From Paramoeba atlantica (Eukaryota; Protista; Discosea), in the NCBI GenBank assembly GCA_977017575.1, contig CDRNVI010000071.1, forward strand, positions 62,001-126,000: DNA of 64,000 nt, read 5' to 3'. The notes beneath the pieces are model-generated. The model had not been told where the DNA came from and searched no databases. It saw nothing but the letters and a program-made list of their open reading frames with translations. The position numbers were made by a program, and so were the translations under genes. Each line of letters starts with the position of its first letter. The stretch's first letter is position 1. Of the stretch, positions 30,818 through 42,900 are shown one piece after another.

Positions 30818-31741
30818 CTATACTTCGCATATGCCTGTAAGTTTGATCTTAATCATCCCCATAGTTTTAGGGAGAAGCATCTTGTCAAGTACTCCGTGCA
30901 ACTGAATGTTATTTTCCAAACTTAGTCTTTGCATGCGTGTAGGTAGGTTCTCAAACCGAACTTCGCCTTCGAAAGCATTGTTACCACACCAAAGCATTTC
31001 TAACGACTGAGGTAGACTCTGCAGATCAAGAGATCCAGTAAACATGTTCCGCCCCAGATTGAGATTTCTCATACACGACGGTAAACAAGTCAAATTTATG
31101 TTTCCTGAAAATTTGTTGTCATAAAGACTCAGATGTTGTAGACTCGCAGGAAGATGTGCTAGATCTACATTCCCTTCAAAATCATTCGCAGAACAATAGA
31201 GTATCCTTAGCATGTGGGGCAAATGCTGCAGATCCAAATTACCCATAAATTCGTTCTTCCCGATTTCTATTTCACGCAAAGGTGTGGACAAAGTACCTGT
31301 GGAGAATGGCCCTGTAAGATTATTGTGGTAAAAAGTAAATAGGGTCACTGTTCGTGGTAACGAATCCCATTGCGGTGTCCCTGTAAGTGCCATCCTGTAC
31401 CAATTGAGTCCCGTCACGTGTAAGTGATCGGCGCACGTTACTCCTGCCCACCTACAAGCTGGTGTGGATGTATTCCATGTGGGATGCGGATTTTTAATGT
31501 CCACAATGAATTGGGCAAGCTCATATTCCTGAGGCAATTTCGCTCCCCGTACTTTTCCCGCACGACTGTGATACTGTGCGGCATCTGTATCATCAGCTGT
31601 GGTGTATGAACATAACAAGGTCGTGGATTTCAACGTGAAAATGCGTGAACTCATCTGGTTCTCAAAGGAACATACAAAAGAAAATATTGAACGATGAGGA
31701 AAGTAGATGTTTTCAAAATACGTATTGAAGACTTGTGACAA
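30818..31741 (-). CDS. Leucine-rich repeat protein
   Basis: GKVRGAKLPQEYEL motif, WNTSTPACRWAGVTC cap, LRR repeats. True start may be the later Met (MSSRIF). Confidence 0.88.
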   Translation of the reverse strand: MSQVFNTYFENIYFPHRSIFSFVCSFENQMSSRIFTLKSTTLLCSYTTADDTDAAQYHSRAGKVRGAKLPQEYELAQFIVDIKNPHPTWNTSTPACRWAGVTCADHLHVTGLNWYRMALTGTPQWDSLPRTVTLFTFYHNNLTGPFSTGTLSTPLREIEIGKNEFMGNLDLQHLPHMLRILYCSANDFEGNVDLAHLPASLQHLSLYDNKFSGNINLTCLPSCMRNLNLGRNMFTGSLDLQSLPQSLEMLWCGNNAFEGEVRFENLPTRMQRLSLENNIQLHGVLDKMLLPKTMGMIKIKLTGICEV

Positions 31742-31864
31742 AGAACGAAATCAGATACCACTAAACGAAAATACGGTGTAGCGGTGTGCTTATTTTTTAT
31801 AAAGGCAAATTGCAGGCAAATGACAAAACGATTTTCCAGTACCTTTGGAGCAACCCTGCTACCA

Positions 31865-33385
31865 CTACGTTTTGCTCGTTTGAACCCAATGCTTAAACTT
31901 CTTACGAAATTTTCGAAGCAACCCCATATCTAGCGGAGCCCTCTCCCCATTTCTCCGCACAGTTTCCTCCCTCCTATCCCCCTTTTCCTCACCCCCCTCC
32001 TCTGTCTTGGCAAACTCTTCCAACAGCTGTCGCTGCCTCGAGGAGAGCTCCCTCGGAATCACCACCGCATAATGCAGATGCAAATCCCCCTGCTTCATGC
32101 CCCCTTGTGTCCCCCCTCCACCTGCCACACTCCCCACCATCCTCGTCACCCCTCTCCCTCTCAACACCTGCCGATCTCCTTGCTGTGTCCCGGACGGCAC
32201 CCGTATCTCCATCTCTCCCCCACTCGGTGTGGGAAGTCTCACGGCCCCACCCAACAGTGCCCGCGTCAATGGCACCGGTACCACCACATGAATCTCCAAC
32301 CCCTGCCTCATGAACACCTCATCCTCCCCCACCACGACCTCCACATACAAATTCCCCGGGGTCCCACCCCGTACCCCGGCCTCCCCTTTTCCCACGACCT
32401 TGAGCCTCTCCCCGTTGTCAATCCCCCGAGGCACGGGGAGGGACTGGGTGGTTTTGTCCCGCACCACGCCTCTCCCGTGACAGCTCGGACACTGTGCCCG
32501 GAACACCTCCCCCTCCCCCCCACAATGCACACAGTCCTGCTGCATGTGGAAGAACCCGGTGGAGAGGACCCGCTTGCCGCGTCCCTCACACTGGGTACAT
32601 TTAATCTTACGTTCCCCGTCCTTACTTGCGGTCCCGTGACAGGAACCACACGACTTGGTCGTGGCATAGGTAATCTCTTTTGTGCATCCCCCAAACCCCT
32701 CCGAGAAGGAGAGATCAAGTTTAAAATGAATGTCATGCCCCGCCTCGGGGGCGGTACTTGACCTTTTCTTCGCCCCCCCTCCCGCGGCGGCACTTTTCTG
32801 CCCCGTCATTTTCTCAAAAATCTCTTCAAAGTTATTGAAGTCAAATTTTTGGTTCGGGTCGAACCCGGGGAAACCCCCGGGGTGGGCTCCGGGGAAGCCG
32901 AAGGGGCTGCCCGGCCCCCCGGGGGCGGCATTCCCGAAGGGGTTGTACCCCCCGGGGCCGAAGGACTCCCCGGCGTTGGGGGTCCCCGTCATGTCGTACA
33001 CGGAGCGCTTCTGCGGGTCCTTGAGCGTGTCGTAGGCCTGGCTGACCTCCCCGAACTCCCTCGCGGCGTTGGGGCTGGGGTTGACGTCGGGGTGGAGCTT
33101 TTTGGTCTTCTCGCGGTAGGCTTTTTTGATCTCTTCTTGGGAGGCGGTGCGGGGGACGCCGAGGGTTTGGTAGAGGTCCCGGGTGGTGGTTTTACCGCTG
33201 GTGGAGGTGCTTTGGAAGGTGAGCGCGGAGAGGTAGAGCGGAGGGGAGGGGTGTCGGGGGTGTGGTCGTTGCAGTCGTCGTGGTGGGGAGGAGAGGAGAA
33301 GGCGAGGAGGAAAAAGGGAAGAAAAAACGGCTTGGGGAGAGGTTGCGTGACACAGTGGCGCTTTTGAGAGGAGGGAGGGTGGCAT
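31865..33385 (-). CDS. dnaJ: Type I DnaJ/Hsp40, probably mitochondrial (Mdj1/Tid1-like)
   Basis: J domain with HPD, G/F-rich linker, four CxxCxGxG-type motifs, DnaJ_C; Arg/Ser/Leu-rich presequence-like N-terminus. Confidence 0.93.
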   Translation of the reverse strand: MPPSLLSKAPLCHATSPQAVFSSLFPPRLLLSSPPRRLQRPHPRHPSPPLYLSALTFQSTSTSGKTTTRDLYQTLGVPRTASQEEIKKAYREKTKKLHPDVNPSPNAAREFGEVSQAYDTLKDPQKRSVYDMTGTPNAGESFGPGGYNPFGNAAPGGPGSPFGFPGAHPGGFPGFDPNQKFDFNNFEEIFEKMTGQKSAAAGGGAKKRSSTAPEAGHDIHFKLDLSFSEGFGGCTKEITYATTKSCGSCHGTASKDGERKIKCTQCEGRGKRVLSTGFFHMQQDCVHCGGEGEVFRAQCPSCHGRGVVRDKTTQSLPVPRGIDNGERLKVVGKGEAGVRGGTPGNLYVEVVVGEDEVFMRQGLEIHVVVPVPLTRALLGGAVRLPTPSGGEMEIRVPSGTQQGDRQVLRGRGVTRMVGSVAGGGGTQGGMKQGDLHLHYAVVIPRELSSRQRQLLEEFAKTEEGGEEKGDRREETVRRNGERAPLDMGLLRKFRKKFKHWVQTSKT

Positions 33386-33588
33386 GTGGGTGAAAGGAGA
33401 CGTGTTAAAAAAGGATCAAGTTGGGGTAAATTGGGATAGGGATGAGTATCTGAATGGAGAATTCAAAGAAAGGTACCCCCTGCCCCCAGTACTTTGAATG
33501 AGCAAGTAGGTATCGTAAACAGAGGGCATTGGTTGGGGATATGAACAAAAATACTACAAATAAAATATAAAAGTAAATTGGAACACTA

Positions 33589-33878
33589 CCGTATACCCCC
33601 CTCCAAGTAACAGAGATTCGATACTTTTTGGGCTGATCCCCAGTAGCAAGAATTAGGCTTGGAAGGGTGGTTAGACGGGGGGGGGGGGAGGGTGATTGGA
33701 CGGGTGAGGATGGCTAGACGGGGCGGAGATGGCGTAGTTGACTGGACAAGAAATCACCGCTCATGAATAAAAAGTCTTTGCTAAAAGTGCAAAAGAGGTC
33801 ACCAAAAAAGCACTCCCCTAGCAACGAAGATTTGTCCATTTTGGCCCAAAACCGATTCTATTACTGGGGGGTATACGG
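33589..33878. mobile_element. MITE, CCGTATAC family, TA-flanked
   Basis: TA|ccgtatacccccctccaagtaa ... ttactggggggtatacgg|TA. Confidence 0.75.
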
Positions 33879-34158
33879 TAAAGAAACTCAAGAACAAGTC
33901 TATGTAGAGTGCATAAGAAGAATGTTCTAAACAATTATAGTACCTTACAATATTGTAAGTGGCCTATTACAGTTTACAATCGAGGCGCAAGTAATTCAAA
34001 ATATTTTATAATACATTGGTCACCTCTATTTACCAAAACATTGCTCAAATGCAATTCGTAGCTCCATTATCTTAAGTTTTAGAAAAAAAATAGGTGAAAA
34101 GCTCAAAATATCTTTACTATTTTAAAAAAAAATAACGAAAGGACCCCATTCCCTCTTT

Positions 34159-35226
34159 TTACATAAACAAGGGGTAGACCCGCGGCGGACGTGCGAGACG
34201 ACGTCTTTCCGCATCTTGTCTCCGGATCTGGTTGTTCCACCGCAATGTGCTTCGATCCGTCACGACACTCTGACAAATCGGGCACTGCCGACTACTACGC
34301 AGCCAGGTGTCAACGCAAACCACATGATAGGTGTGAAAACACGGAAGCGTGCGTTTCGGCTCTCCGGTTTCATATGACTCCATACAGATCGCACACTGAA
34401 TCGGTTCCCCGTCGGAGTCAGTTGAAGCAACGTTCCTATTGACCAGTGTTCCCGAATTTCCCATGCAAACCGAGGCAGTTGACGAAAAACGGGTTTGTGC
34501 AGCTGATTCGAGACCGCTTTCTCCATTTTCATGAGTTGTCACAACGGAACGTACGCTGCGTACAGTAAAGGCCTCGATTTGGTGACGCAATAATCCGCGC
34601 CCATTGGGGTACGGCGAAGGGGACGGAAAAGGAGTCCCCATTTGTCTCACGTCCGGGTTTCGACTCAAATGGGGTGAGCTAAGGTTTGGACCTTCTCGAA
34701 TAGAGGGCGTACGATTAGTTATGTTACGTCTACGTCGCCCAAAAATTCTTTGTGCAGTTTGTGCAATGGCATAGTCCACATTGTCCCCCAAATAGATATC
34801 GGGTGGAATCTCATCTACAATATCTTGCTGCGCTTCCACGTTTTGTGGTGAAGCCATCCTGTAACCATTGTCATTTCCTCGAGGTTCTCTCCCGGACGCT
34901 ACGGAATTGTACCCATGACGATTTCGCGAGCGATGCATGATGTTTCGAGGGGGGATAACCACGCGAGGAAAGGAGTGATGCAAATCTTGCTGTACCCGTG
35001 GCGGTAGCCGACCACCGTTTTCTAGGATTAAAGAATCGAGGGAGTCTAAAAGAGAGGGGGGGAGAACTTCGACAGGTTGGGTGAGATAGTCCTGTGTGTC
35101 TCGGGGAAGCAAAGGGCCTCGGCGGCATCCGTGTCGTCTACGACGAAAGGAGCGAGTGAAGTGGGACGGGCGACGAGGTGGACGTAAGGAACCCAATTCA
35201 GCACCAGGTATGCCCTCTCCAAACAT
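34159..35226 (-). CDS. RING-H2 E3 ubiquitin ligase-like protein
   Basis: CAICMESYETGEPKRTLPCFHTYHVVCVDTWLRSSRQCPIC. Confidence 0.88.
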   Translation of the reverse strand: MFGEGIPGAELGSLRPPRRPSHFTRSFRRRRHGCRRGPLLPRDTQDYLTQPVEVLPPSLLDSLDSLILENGGRLPPRVQQDLHHSFPRVVIPPRNIMHRSRNRHGYNSVASGREPRGNDNGYRMASPQNVEAQQDIVDEIPPDIYLGDNVDYAIAQTAQRIFGRRRRNITNRTPSIREGPNLSSPHLSRNPDVRQMGTPFPSPSPYPNGRGLLRHQIEAFTVRSVRSVVTTHENGESGLESAAQTRFSSTASVCMGNSGTLVNRNVASTDSDGEPIQCAICMESYETGEPKRTLPCFHTYHVVCVDTWLRSSRQCPICQSVVTDRSTLRWNNQIRRQDAERRRLARPPRVYPLFM

Positions 35227-35766
35227 GTAATGTAGGACAGATTGATTTCACTTTAAGATTCGAGAAATATTCTATGAAACACCTTAAAATTTTGGTGTGC
35301 GTAGTCAAAATAGGTTTTGCTAACAGCAAATAAATAAAAGAGAAGATATTTGTAGAATACCTTACCTGGATACAATTTGCAGTGCATTTTACTACAATGA
35401 CTAGAAAAGAGATTATCTCTCTTAGTGAAATACACAATATTGCACCGAGAATTAAAAAATTCAATACAGAATGCCGGCTTTTGAAATCAATTTCCTCTTG
35501 AAAAATATGAAGTACAGATATCAAAAAATAAAACAGAATGATTTTGAAAACATTTTTCCTTCTGCCTTTCATATTCTGCGTAAAAAACTTGAGTACACTA
35601 AACCTTTTCACTTAGTTCTGGCCGATACAAGAGCTTGGAAGAAGTTTTTAAAGTTATTTTCTGCTAAAAAAATATAGACAATATACAAACTTTATGCTAT
35701 GTTTGCTACTTTCTCATGCTATTATTAAGTCGCCAAAAACATTCAGTACTGCTACTAGACCGAGCG

Positions 35767-38580
35767 CTAGACTTGCTCCGGGGCCGAATCCGAGACCCCT
35801 TCCTCCATATCAAGGTCCGTTACACGACCAAGAGTCTCTCCCTGGGGGTTTACGTCCTGCTGGGCGCTGCCAAACCAGTTGCGTGGGTGAGAAAACCAGG
35901 AACGTCCCCACCATCCACGAGAGGGGGCCTCATCCGATTCTAGTGCTTGCTCTTCGGCCTCTTTCAACCCCCCTTGTTCCTCACCCGACTCTCTTTCCGG
36001 GGCCACAACACCGCCTAGTACGGAGTCCGTCGACGAAGAGGAGGAGCGATCCTCCGCGGCAGAGGATCCGGACTGCAACCGAGCAAAGGAAGGCCACGCG
36101 CTCCACGTATAGGTACGCTCCTTGCGGCGGCGATCGGCACCCTCTTCTTTTTCGTCCTCCACGACTTCCTGCTCCAGATCTTCATTCACCCGAGGGATCG
36201 CCTCCTCGCCCTCCTCGTCGGCGACGACCGCGGCGCTGGATTGGCTTGGTTTCGGTGAGGAAAATCCGTGAACTGCAGAGGAAGAGGACCAGGGCCAAGC
36301 TTGAGGAAACCATGAGCCACGAGCTTGGCTATCGGAACGATCACGTGGGCTCCGAGGAGAGGAAGACGCAGATGGGCGAGTGAAGAACCGATTCCACGGG
36401 CGAGCCGAACGCGAAGCAGCAGCCGACGCTGATGACGACGACGAAGAAGAGCTACTTACCGGAGCCTGGCGTCGCTGCGCTCGTCGCCCCCTTGACGGGA
36501 CCCACCACCACGCATCACACCCACGCTCCTCCTGGTTATCCTCCCCCCCTTCCTCCATCCCCCTCCCCATCTCCGCCTCCACCTCCCTCTCCTCTCGTCT
36601 CACCCACCGCACCCCGTTCCGGCACGATCCCCACAACCGTGCGAACACATCCCGTAGCGCCGCCCCGAATCCCCCGACACTACGGCACAGGGGCCCGGAG
36701 CACACCCCCGCCCCCGCCCCCGTGCCGGGCCCCAGCTCCAGCCCCAACGTGTCCGCGTAAGACACCATGGTGTCCGCGACCCAGTTGTCACTGAAGTCAT
36801 CCACCTGCCGCCCCGCGGGGTCGCGCTCCCCGGAGAACGCCCGGGAGGCGTCCGCGTCCTCCGCCCGTTTCTCCATCTGCTCCTGCGGGAGGCGCTCCGC
36901 GGTGACCTCGCGGTACTCCCGCTCGGAGAGGGAGCGCCACGCGTGCCGGTTCTGTAACCGACTCAGGTCCGCGAACAGCTCCGCGGTCTGCTCCTCCTCG
37001 GAGTCACTGACGTTCTGTGGTTTACCCAACCCACTGGGGTTCGCCTTCTCTTCCGTATCCTTTTCTTCCGTATGGCTTTCTTCTTTACTTTCCTCCTTAC
37101 CGTTTTGTTTCGCATCAACGGTGGGTACAGAAGAATCGGGAGAATCGGAAGAGGGCAACGACAGCCCGCTTTGTTGTTCGTGTAACCGACTACGGCTACG
37201 GGGGGAGACCACGTGGGAGGGTTCACCCGTTCGTGGCTTCTGGATCCCCGCCTCGGCGTAGTCCTTCTCGGAGAGCGAGCGCCAGGCGGCACGGTTCTCC
37301 AGACGCTCCAGCTCGGGGAGGGTCAGGGGGCTGCGACGCCCGAGCTCGGGGTCGTCCCCGAGAAGGGGGGAGGGGGGGACGAGGACGGGGGAGGGGAGGG
37401 CCGCCGCGGCCTCGGACATCGCGGCCTGGTACTCCCCCTCCCGGAGACTGCGCCACGCGGCGCGGTTCTCGAGGTTACCGACGAGTTTGTCCAAATGCGC
37501 GAGCTCGGAGAAGGTGACCGGGGAGGAGGGTTCGGGGACCGGGGCGGGTTTCGTGCTCTCCTCCACCGGGGCGGGTTGGTGCGTCGAAGCCTCCACGCGG
37601 GCCTCGTCGAACTCACTCTCGCGTAACGCACGCCAGGAGTGGGAGCGTTCCATCTCGCTTATGAGCTTTTCCATCGCCGGGACCTCCTCAAGGGGGGAGG
37701 GGGGAGGGTTCGTCGTCCCCTCCTCGACGTGGGTGGGTTGGTGGGTCGCAGCCTCGGTCTGGGCCTCGGCAAACTCATTCTCACGGAGCGCGCGCCAGTC
37801 GTGGGGCTGCTCCATCTCCTCCACGAGTTTCTCAATCTTGGGCGACGCTGGGGAGGGGGAGGGGGGCGCTGCTGCTGCTGCTGCTGCGGGTTGTGTCTCC
37901 GCGGGCTCCCCCGTGTCCTCATCCACATCCACGATCTCTACCGAGGGGGGTGGGCTCTTCGCGGCGTGTTCCTGCACACGCGGCGGGGTGCGCTGTTGTT
38001 CGGCGTGCTTAAAGAACTCAAACGATCGCATCGGGGCGGGGCTCTCCAGCCCTTTGTACCCCTCGGACTCCTCCTCGGGGACGGTGACCGTCTCGGGCTC
38101 CGTTTTCGACAACGCATCCTCGAAGCGCTCCGGTTTGCGCTCGTCCAGATGGGCGAGAGCCTGGGCGTGTTCCTTCTCGAGCTCTGTGTCATCCACCGGG
38201 GCCTCGGAAGGGGCAGAGGGGGAAGGGACAGAGATCCCAGCGTCGCGATCCTCGGCGTCCGGCGAAACCGAACCCTCCGCAGGGGGAGATGACGTCGCTT
38301 CTTGTTGTTCCAGGTCAACAGGCTGGGTCTCGGGCTCTGCAGCGGGCGGAGAGACCTCCGCAGGAGCCTCGGGATCTTCTACAGTTGTCGGAACCACAGA
38401 CGGGCTTGAAAGGGGAGCATCTTCCGTAGATGGGGTTTCCGCGTCTGCCTCGTCGTCGGAATCACGTCGTGATTTTTCAGGTGGCACGTCGGAACAAATC
38501 CAAGAGGGAACGTGAGACGGTGGGAACGGGGCAGCGAGGACTAGTGTGAAAACAAGACCCAGTGCCGTAGTCAAGCGCAT
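35767..38580 (-). CDS. Hypothetical signal-peptide-bearing acidic protein with 5 copies of a WR(A/S)LxExE motif
   Basis: MRLTTALGLVFTLVLAA signal-like N-terminus; 937-aa ORF; repeated ExxHxWRALRExEF/Y. Confidence 0.75.
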   Translation of the reverse strand: MRLTTALGLVFTLVLAAPFPPSHVPSWICSDVPPEKSRRDSDDEADAETPSTEDAPLSSPSVVPTTVEDPEAPAEVSPPAAEPETQPVDLEQQEATSSPPAEGSVSPDAEDRDAGISVPSPSAPSEAPVDDTELEKEHAQALAHLDERKPERFEDALSKTEPETVTVPEEESEGYKGLESPAPMRSFEFFKHAEQQRTPPRVQEHAAKSPPPSVEIVDVDEDTGEPAETQPAAAAAAAPPSPSPASPKIEKLVEEMEQPHDWRALRENEFAEAQTEAATHQPTHVEEGTTNPPPSPLEEVPAMEKLISEMERSHSWRALRESEFDEARVEASTHQPAPVEESTKPAPVPEPSSPVTFSELAHLDKLVGNLENRAAWRSLREGEYQAAMSEAAAALPSPVLVPPSPLLGDDPELGRRSPLTLPELERLENRAAWRSLSEKDYAEAGIQKPRTGEPSHVVSPRSRSRLHEQQSGLSLPSSDSPDSSVPTVDAKQNGKEESKEESHTEEKDTEEKANPSGLGKPQNVSDSEEEQTAELFADLSRLQNRHAWRSLSEREYREVTAERLPQEQMEKRAEDADASRAFSGERDPAGRQVDDFSDNWVADTMVSYADTLGLELGPGTGAGAGVCSGPLCRSVGGFGAALRDVFARLWGSCRNGVRWVRREEREVEAEMGRGMEEGGEDNQEERGCDAWWWVPSRGRRAQRRQAPVSSSSSSSSSASAAASRSARPWNRFFTRPSASSSPRSPRDRSDSQARGSWFPQAWPWSSSSAVHGFSSPKPSQSSAAVVADEEGEEAIPRVNEDLEQEVVEDEKEEGADRRRKERTYTWSAWPSFARLQSGSSAAEDRSSSSSTDSVLGGVVAPERESGEEQGGLKEAEEQALESDEAPSRGWWGRSWFSHPRNWFGSAQQDVNPQGETLGRVTDLDMEEGVSDSAPEQV

Positions 38581-39387
38581 AGTGGTGATGTCACAGGTCT
38601 GAGATAGATAAAGTCGTTAAAAAAGAAGAAGAATGAAAGTCTTCTAAGAGATAAAGATCTTTTTTTCGATGATAGTGCAAAAACTATACACCATGTAATG
38701 CATGATCGCTGACTAGTAGTGCAGTCATTCTTAAACTTTGGGACAACCTAACTTTGGGGCAACCTTAACTACAGGGGGGAAATTAAGTTATGTCAACAAA
38801 AGTCGTATTAATTTCTGGGGTTAACACGACTTATGTTGACATAACTTATGTTGCCACAACATACATGTATGTTCACTTTTTTACCAAACTTTGCCAATTC
38901 CTACTGTTTGTTAAAAAACACGCCCATTGAAGAAAAGTTTCATTTAGTCACTCATTTCACAAAGAAAATTGTAAACTTCAAACGCAGTAAAATATTTATA
39001 AGAGCACAGGACCATTTACAGAAGATTCCAAAAAATATATTATGATTTACAAAAGACAATTACCAATCAATCGAGTGACATTTTGTAGCGGAACTCGTGC
39101 GCTTTAGCAGCTCGGACTATCAAGAAAAATATGGCAAAGAAATATGAAGTACCGCCTCCCCACTCGAACGCAACCCAGTTTCGACCTAAAATTGCCATAA
39201 GTGGCCACTCATGCCCCATAGAAAACATTCGTGCAAGAAAACAACTTTGTTTTATCGTCGGAAAATGGCATTTTGAATATCTGCAGCTGACAAATGTTCA
39301 CTCGTATAGCATTCAGTAAACCCCGAGGATAGTTATTATTCCAAAACGTTTTTAGGAAGATTCTGATTCTGCGAAAAAAGTTTTAAC

Positions 39388-39870
39388 TCAAATAAGGAAA
39401 CCTGCAGGAGGCGTACCGACTATACGGGAAATATTATTTCGTTGGAGGCGGCAGTGACGCATGATGTTCGGCAAGTGGTTTACATCGATTTCGCCAGTAA
39501 AACCAGCGCCCTCTGCCCATAATCCGATGAGACCTTTGGGAAGATGTGTAAGGTTTATCGACCCTACGAAATTGTTGTCTGCTAAAGAAATGTATTCTAA
39601 CGTCGCAGGCAGTTTCGTTAAATCGACGGGGCCTTCAAACCTATTGTTGTGCAACATGATGGCCTCCAGGGATGATGGAAGTGATGTCAGATCTACGAAA
39701 TCAGTAAATTTATTTTCGCTTATCGAAAATCCTTGCAAGTGTCCTGGGAGTTGAGAAAAAGCTATGGGACCGTGCAAACTATTCTCTGCAACCCAAAATT
39801 CGAGAATAGTTCCGGCGAGAATTTCCGTGTTTAAATGTCCGAAAATCTTGCTGTTTACACAGTTTAATTT
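39388..39870 (-). pseudogene. 3' half of an LRR gene split by the non-LTR element
   Basis: KLNCVNSKIFGHLNTEILAGTILEFWVAENSLHGPIAFSQLP... continues in frame from the 5' half at 44608-44891. Confidence 0.85.
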
Positions 39871-39952
39871 ATCATACCTTTATAAGGCAGAGAATATGCG
39901 GATAGGCCTGGGGGGAGCATATGACGCTGCCCAGACCTATCTTTTACAGACG

Positions 39953-42900
39953 TTATACCCGTCCTTCTGTCCAAACGGCAGACTCGCGGTTCTGCCAGAT
40001 AATGAAACTGCCTCGAAGGGCGGTCTGCATTAGACTTTCTCGACATTTTTCCGCAAGCTTTGTGTCCTCGTCAAAGAGGAGGTTGAGGTTTCGACAAGAT
40101 GTGAGTAACGAGCCGCGGGCTCCCACTTCGAATACAACAAGGGTCGTCCTAGGGTGATTAATGCGTCGTTCATGGAAGAGAGCATTATATTTACGGGATT
40201 TGCCCTCGTGCGCCTGAGACTGGTTCTCTTCCCAGGGCACAGTGAGCTCAATGATGAACTCACTTCCATCCTTAAGTGTAATCAAACCGTCGGGGCGAAG
40301 AAGGTCCTCACGGGTGCCGAGCCATGCCGGGGCATTCCTAAATCCGGGGATATCTAGGTGTACGCTCTTGGTATACGGCGAACGCATCAAGTGTTTTCCG
40401 AGCTCTTCAAGCAACATGTCATGACGGAGGGTGTATCTCCCTTGCTGAAGGGACTCTTTGCACCCCGAGAGCACGTGCCTTGTTGTTTGAGGTTCGAGTT
40501 TACATATGGGACATGTTACACTCGCACGCCGGAGACCCCAAAGCCGAAGATTGGTTCTGGATGGTAGGGGTGAAAGCGTTAGTACTGAAGCTGCGAAGCG
40601 AGAAAGTTTTTCACTGTTGAGGTTGTTCAGGGCCGCTGAGAACTCTTTCGCGAGATCAGCCTCGGAGGGGAGGCTCCACCATTTTGCTGCTGTCGGTGCC
40701 CGTCTCTGAAGCTGATTTATGACGTAAGATTCATGGTTATCACGGGCTATCTGTTGCGCCTTCCGCGCGTCATGAAGGTGTTGAATGGCGTCAGCGCTTG
40801 GACGAATATAACCAGAGGATCGTTTTTCTTCTTCTTGCTTGATTCGGGCTCGTAGTGCCGCCTGTATCGATGGGTCCCGCGACTTGTGCATCTGTGTTAA
40901 GGCTAGGATAGAGCATTCGGACCACAGCTTGGATAAACTTTTAAGGTTCCACCCTCGTTCAGTATAAAGAATTTCGGTGCAAGTCGTGGATGCTGCATTG
41001 ATCCATTTCTTAAGGTGACGTGTAATTCTTTTCTGCAATCGCAATACAAAGTTGAAAGTGACACACGGGTGAACGGTGAGGGCGTAGCGCAGACGGGATA
41101 CGATCGCTCTGTTGTAGATCCAAAGTTTTTCGGGGAGACTGTGTGCACTCTCGTCGACATTCCGAAGCCATGTTCTTAGTCTGACATCCAGTTTTTTGAA
41201 AAGTTCTTTCGCTTGCTGTGCTCCTGGTGCTATGGTCATTCCAAGAAAAGTGCTTCCACGGTCACATATATGTGGTATCGCTTTGCCTTCGATACTGAGT
41301 CTCGGCTTCCTGGTCATGTAACCCGGGTGCTCACTGCCTTCACGCATGGACATGCACTGTGTACGGCTCTTGTCTACGTTGATTGAGAGTCCTATTCGTC
41401 TCAGTGCAGTTTCGAGTGTGTTGGTCGCGTGCTGCATGTCGGTATCGCTGCTAGTCAGTATCGTCAGGTCGTCAACGTAGGCTTTCAGGAAATGCCTTGG
41501 AGTATCTGGGTAGTCAAGGCCATACCGGGGGCACGATTGCTTGAGGTATCGTAGTACAGTTTCCATCACTAAGTTGAAAATTATGGGCGACAGGGTATCA
41601 CCTTGTAGTACGCCTCTGTGTATCGGTATAGCACGTGACAAACCTTCGACACACTTAATACGCATTTCCGCATGTGAATACATGCTTTCAACGTAGGACA
41701 CGATTTGTGGCGAGACGTTTGCCCATCGCAGTGCCTCGAAGATGATGTTATGGGGGACCGAGCCGAATGCATTGCTGAGATCAAACTGCGTGAGACGATA
41801 TTGCCTTTTGTTTCGACGGTAATATTGTAGTATTTCGGAGAGAGCTTGCGTGTGTTCCAGTGTACCACTCATCTTCGGAAGAAAGCCTTTTTGAACGCTT
41901 GTATCTAGGAGGCCGGAGGACACGGTATGCGTCAAAATTTGGTGTCCGATCATGCTATTGAAAAGTTTGCCTAGAGCGCTAGTCAGGGAGATAGGTCTCC
42001 AGTTTTTCGGGATGTGTTTTTCGCCTCCTTTGTGAATGAGTTTAACTACGGCGGAGGACCAGCATGGCGGGCAGATGCCGTAGCGCAGAAGATCATTAAA
42101 CGTGTTCGCTATACGGGGGTACAGGTATTTGCATTGTTTTAGAAGTGCGTTTGTAATCGTATCACGCCCTGGCGCGCTTGCGCTTCTTTTGCTGCTGAGC
42201 GCGTCTGCGACATCTTGCGCGGTCAGTGGAGACCATTCCATTTCGTTGATGGGTAGAGGACCAAGTACGTTGTTCGGCGGCAGGCGATGCTCTTCGGCGG
42301 GAGGTGCTGTGCTTTCTGTGAAATATTTTTCTATCGTAGGTAAATCGCATTCAGGATATTCGGCGGTGGCGGAGGTCGAGGGGCGGTCCAAGGCCTCGGA
42401 TGCTGCTGTCCACGGGTTCCGCGTGAATCTGCTATGGGCCCATTGTCTTTCTAGCTGTTTCCTATGTGCTTTGGCCTCTTCTGTGTATGTTTTCTCTAGC
42501 TTCTCACTTTCCTTAATGCAGCGACGGAGCTCTTGGCGTTCCGTTCCGTGTGTGTAGCGTAGTGATTTCTTTTGGTTGCGTATGTGTTTCGTCATTTCGT
42601 GGGCTGCATTTTCAGACGAAAGTGGCCGGTGCTTGAATCGGGCGTGTCCGCGTTTCGATCGCGTGAGGAAACCTTTAGTGGGGTTAATCTCTTGTGCAAT
42701 TTCGTATGCCGCCACTGCCAGAGAGGCACCCAGAAGTTCTGCGTTTTTCACTGCGATTTCCGGGGTGTCTACTGTTGGATATTGCAGCCTTCGGCATGTA
42801 TCGTATGCCTTGTTTTCAACCGCCTTCCATTGATCGTCGTTAAGCTTTAGGCACATTTTTCCCCCTGTTATGATTTTGTGTTGTTCAAGCAGATGGAGGC

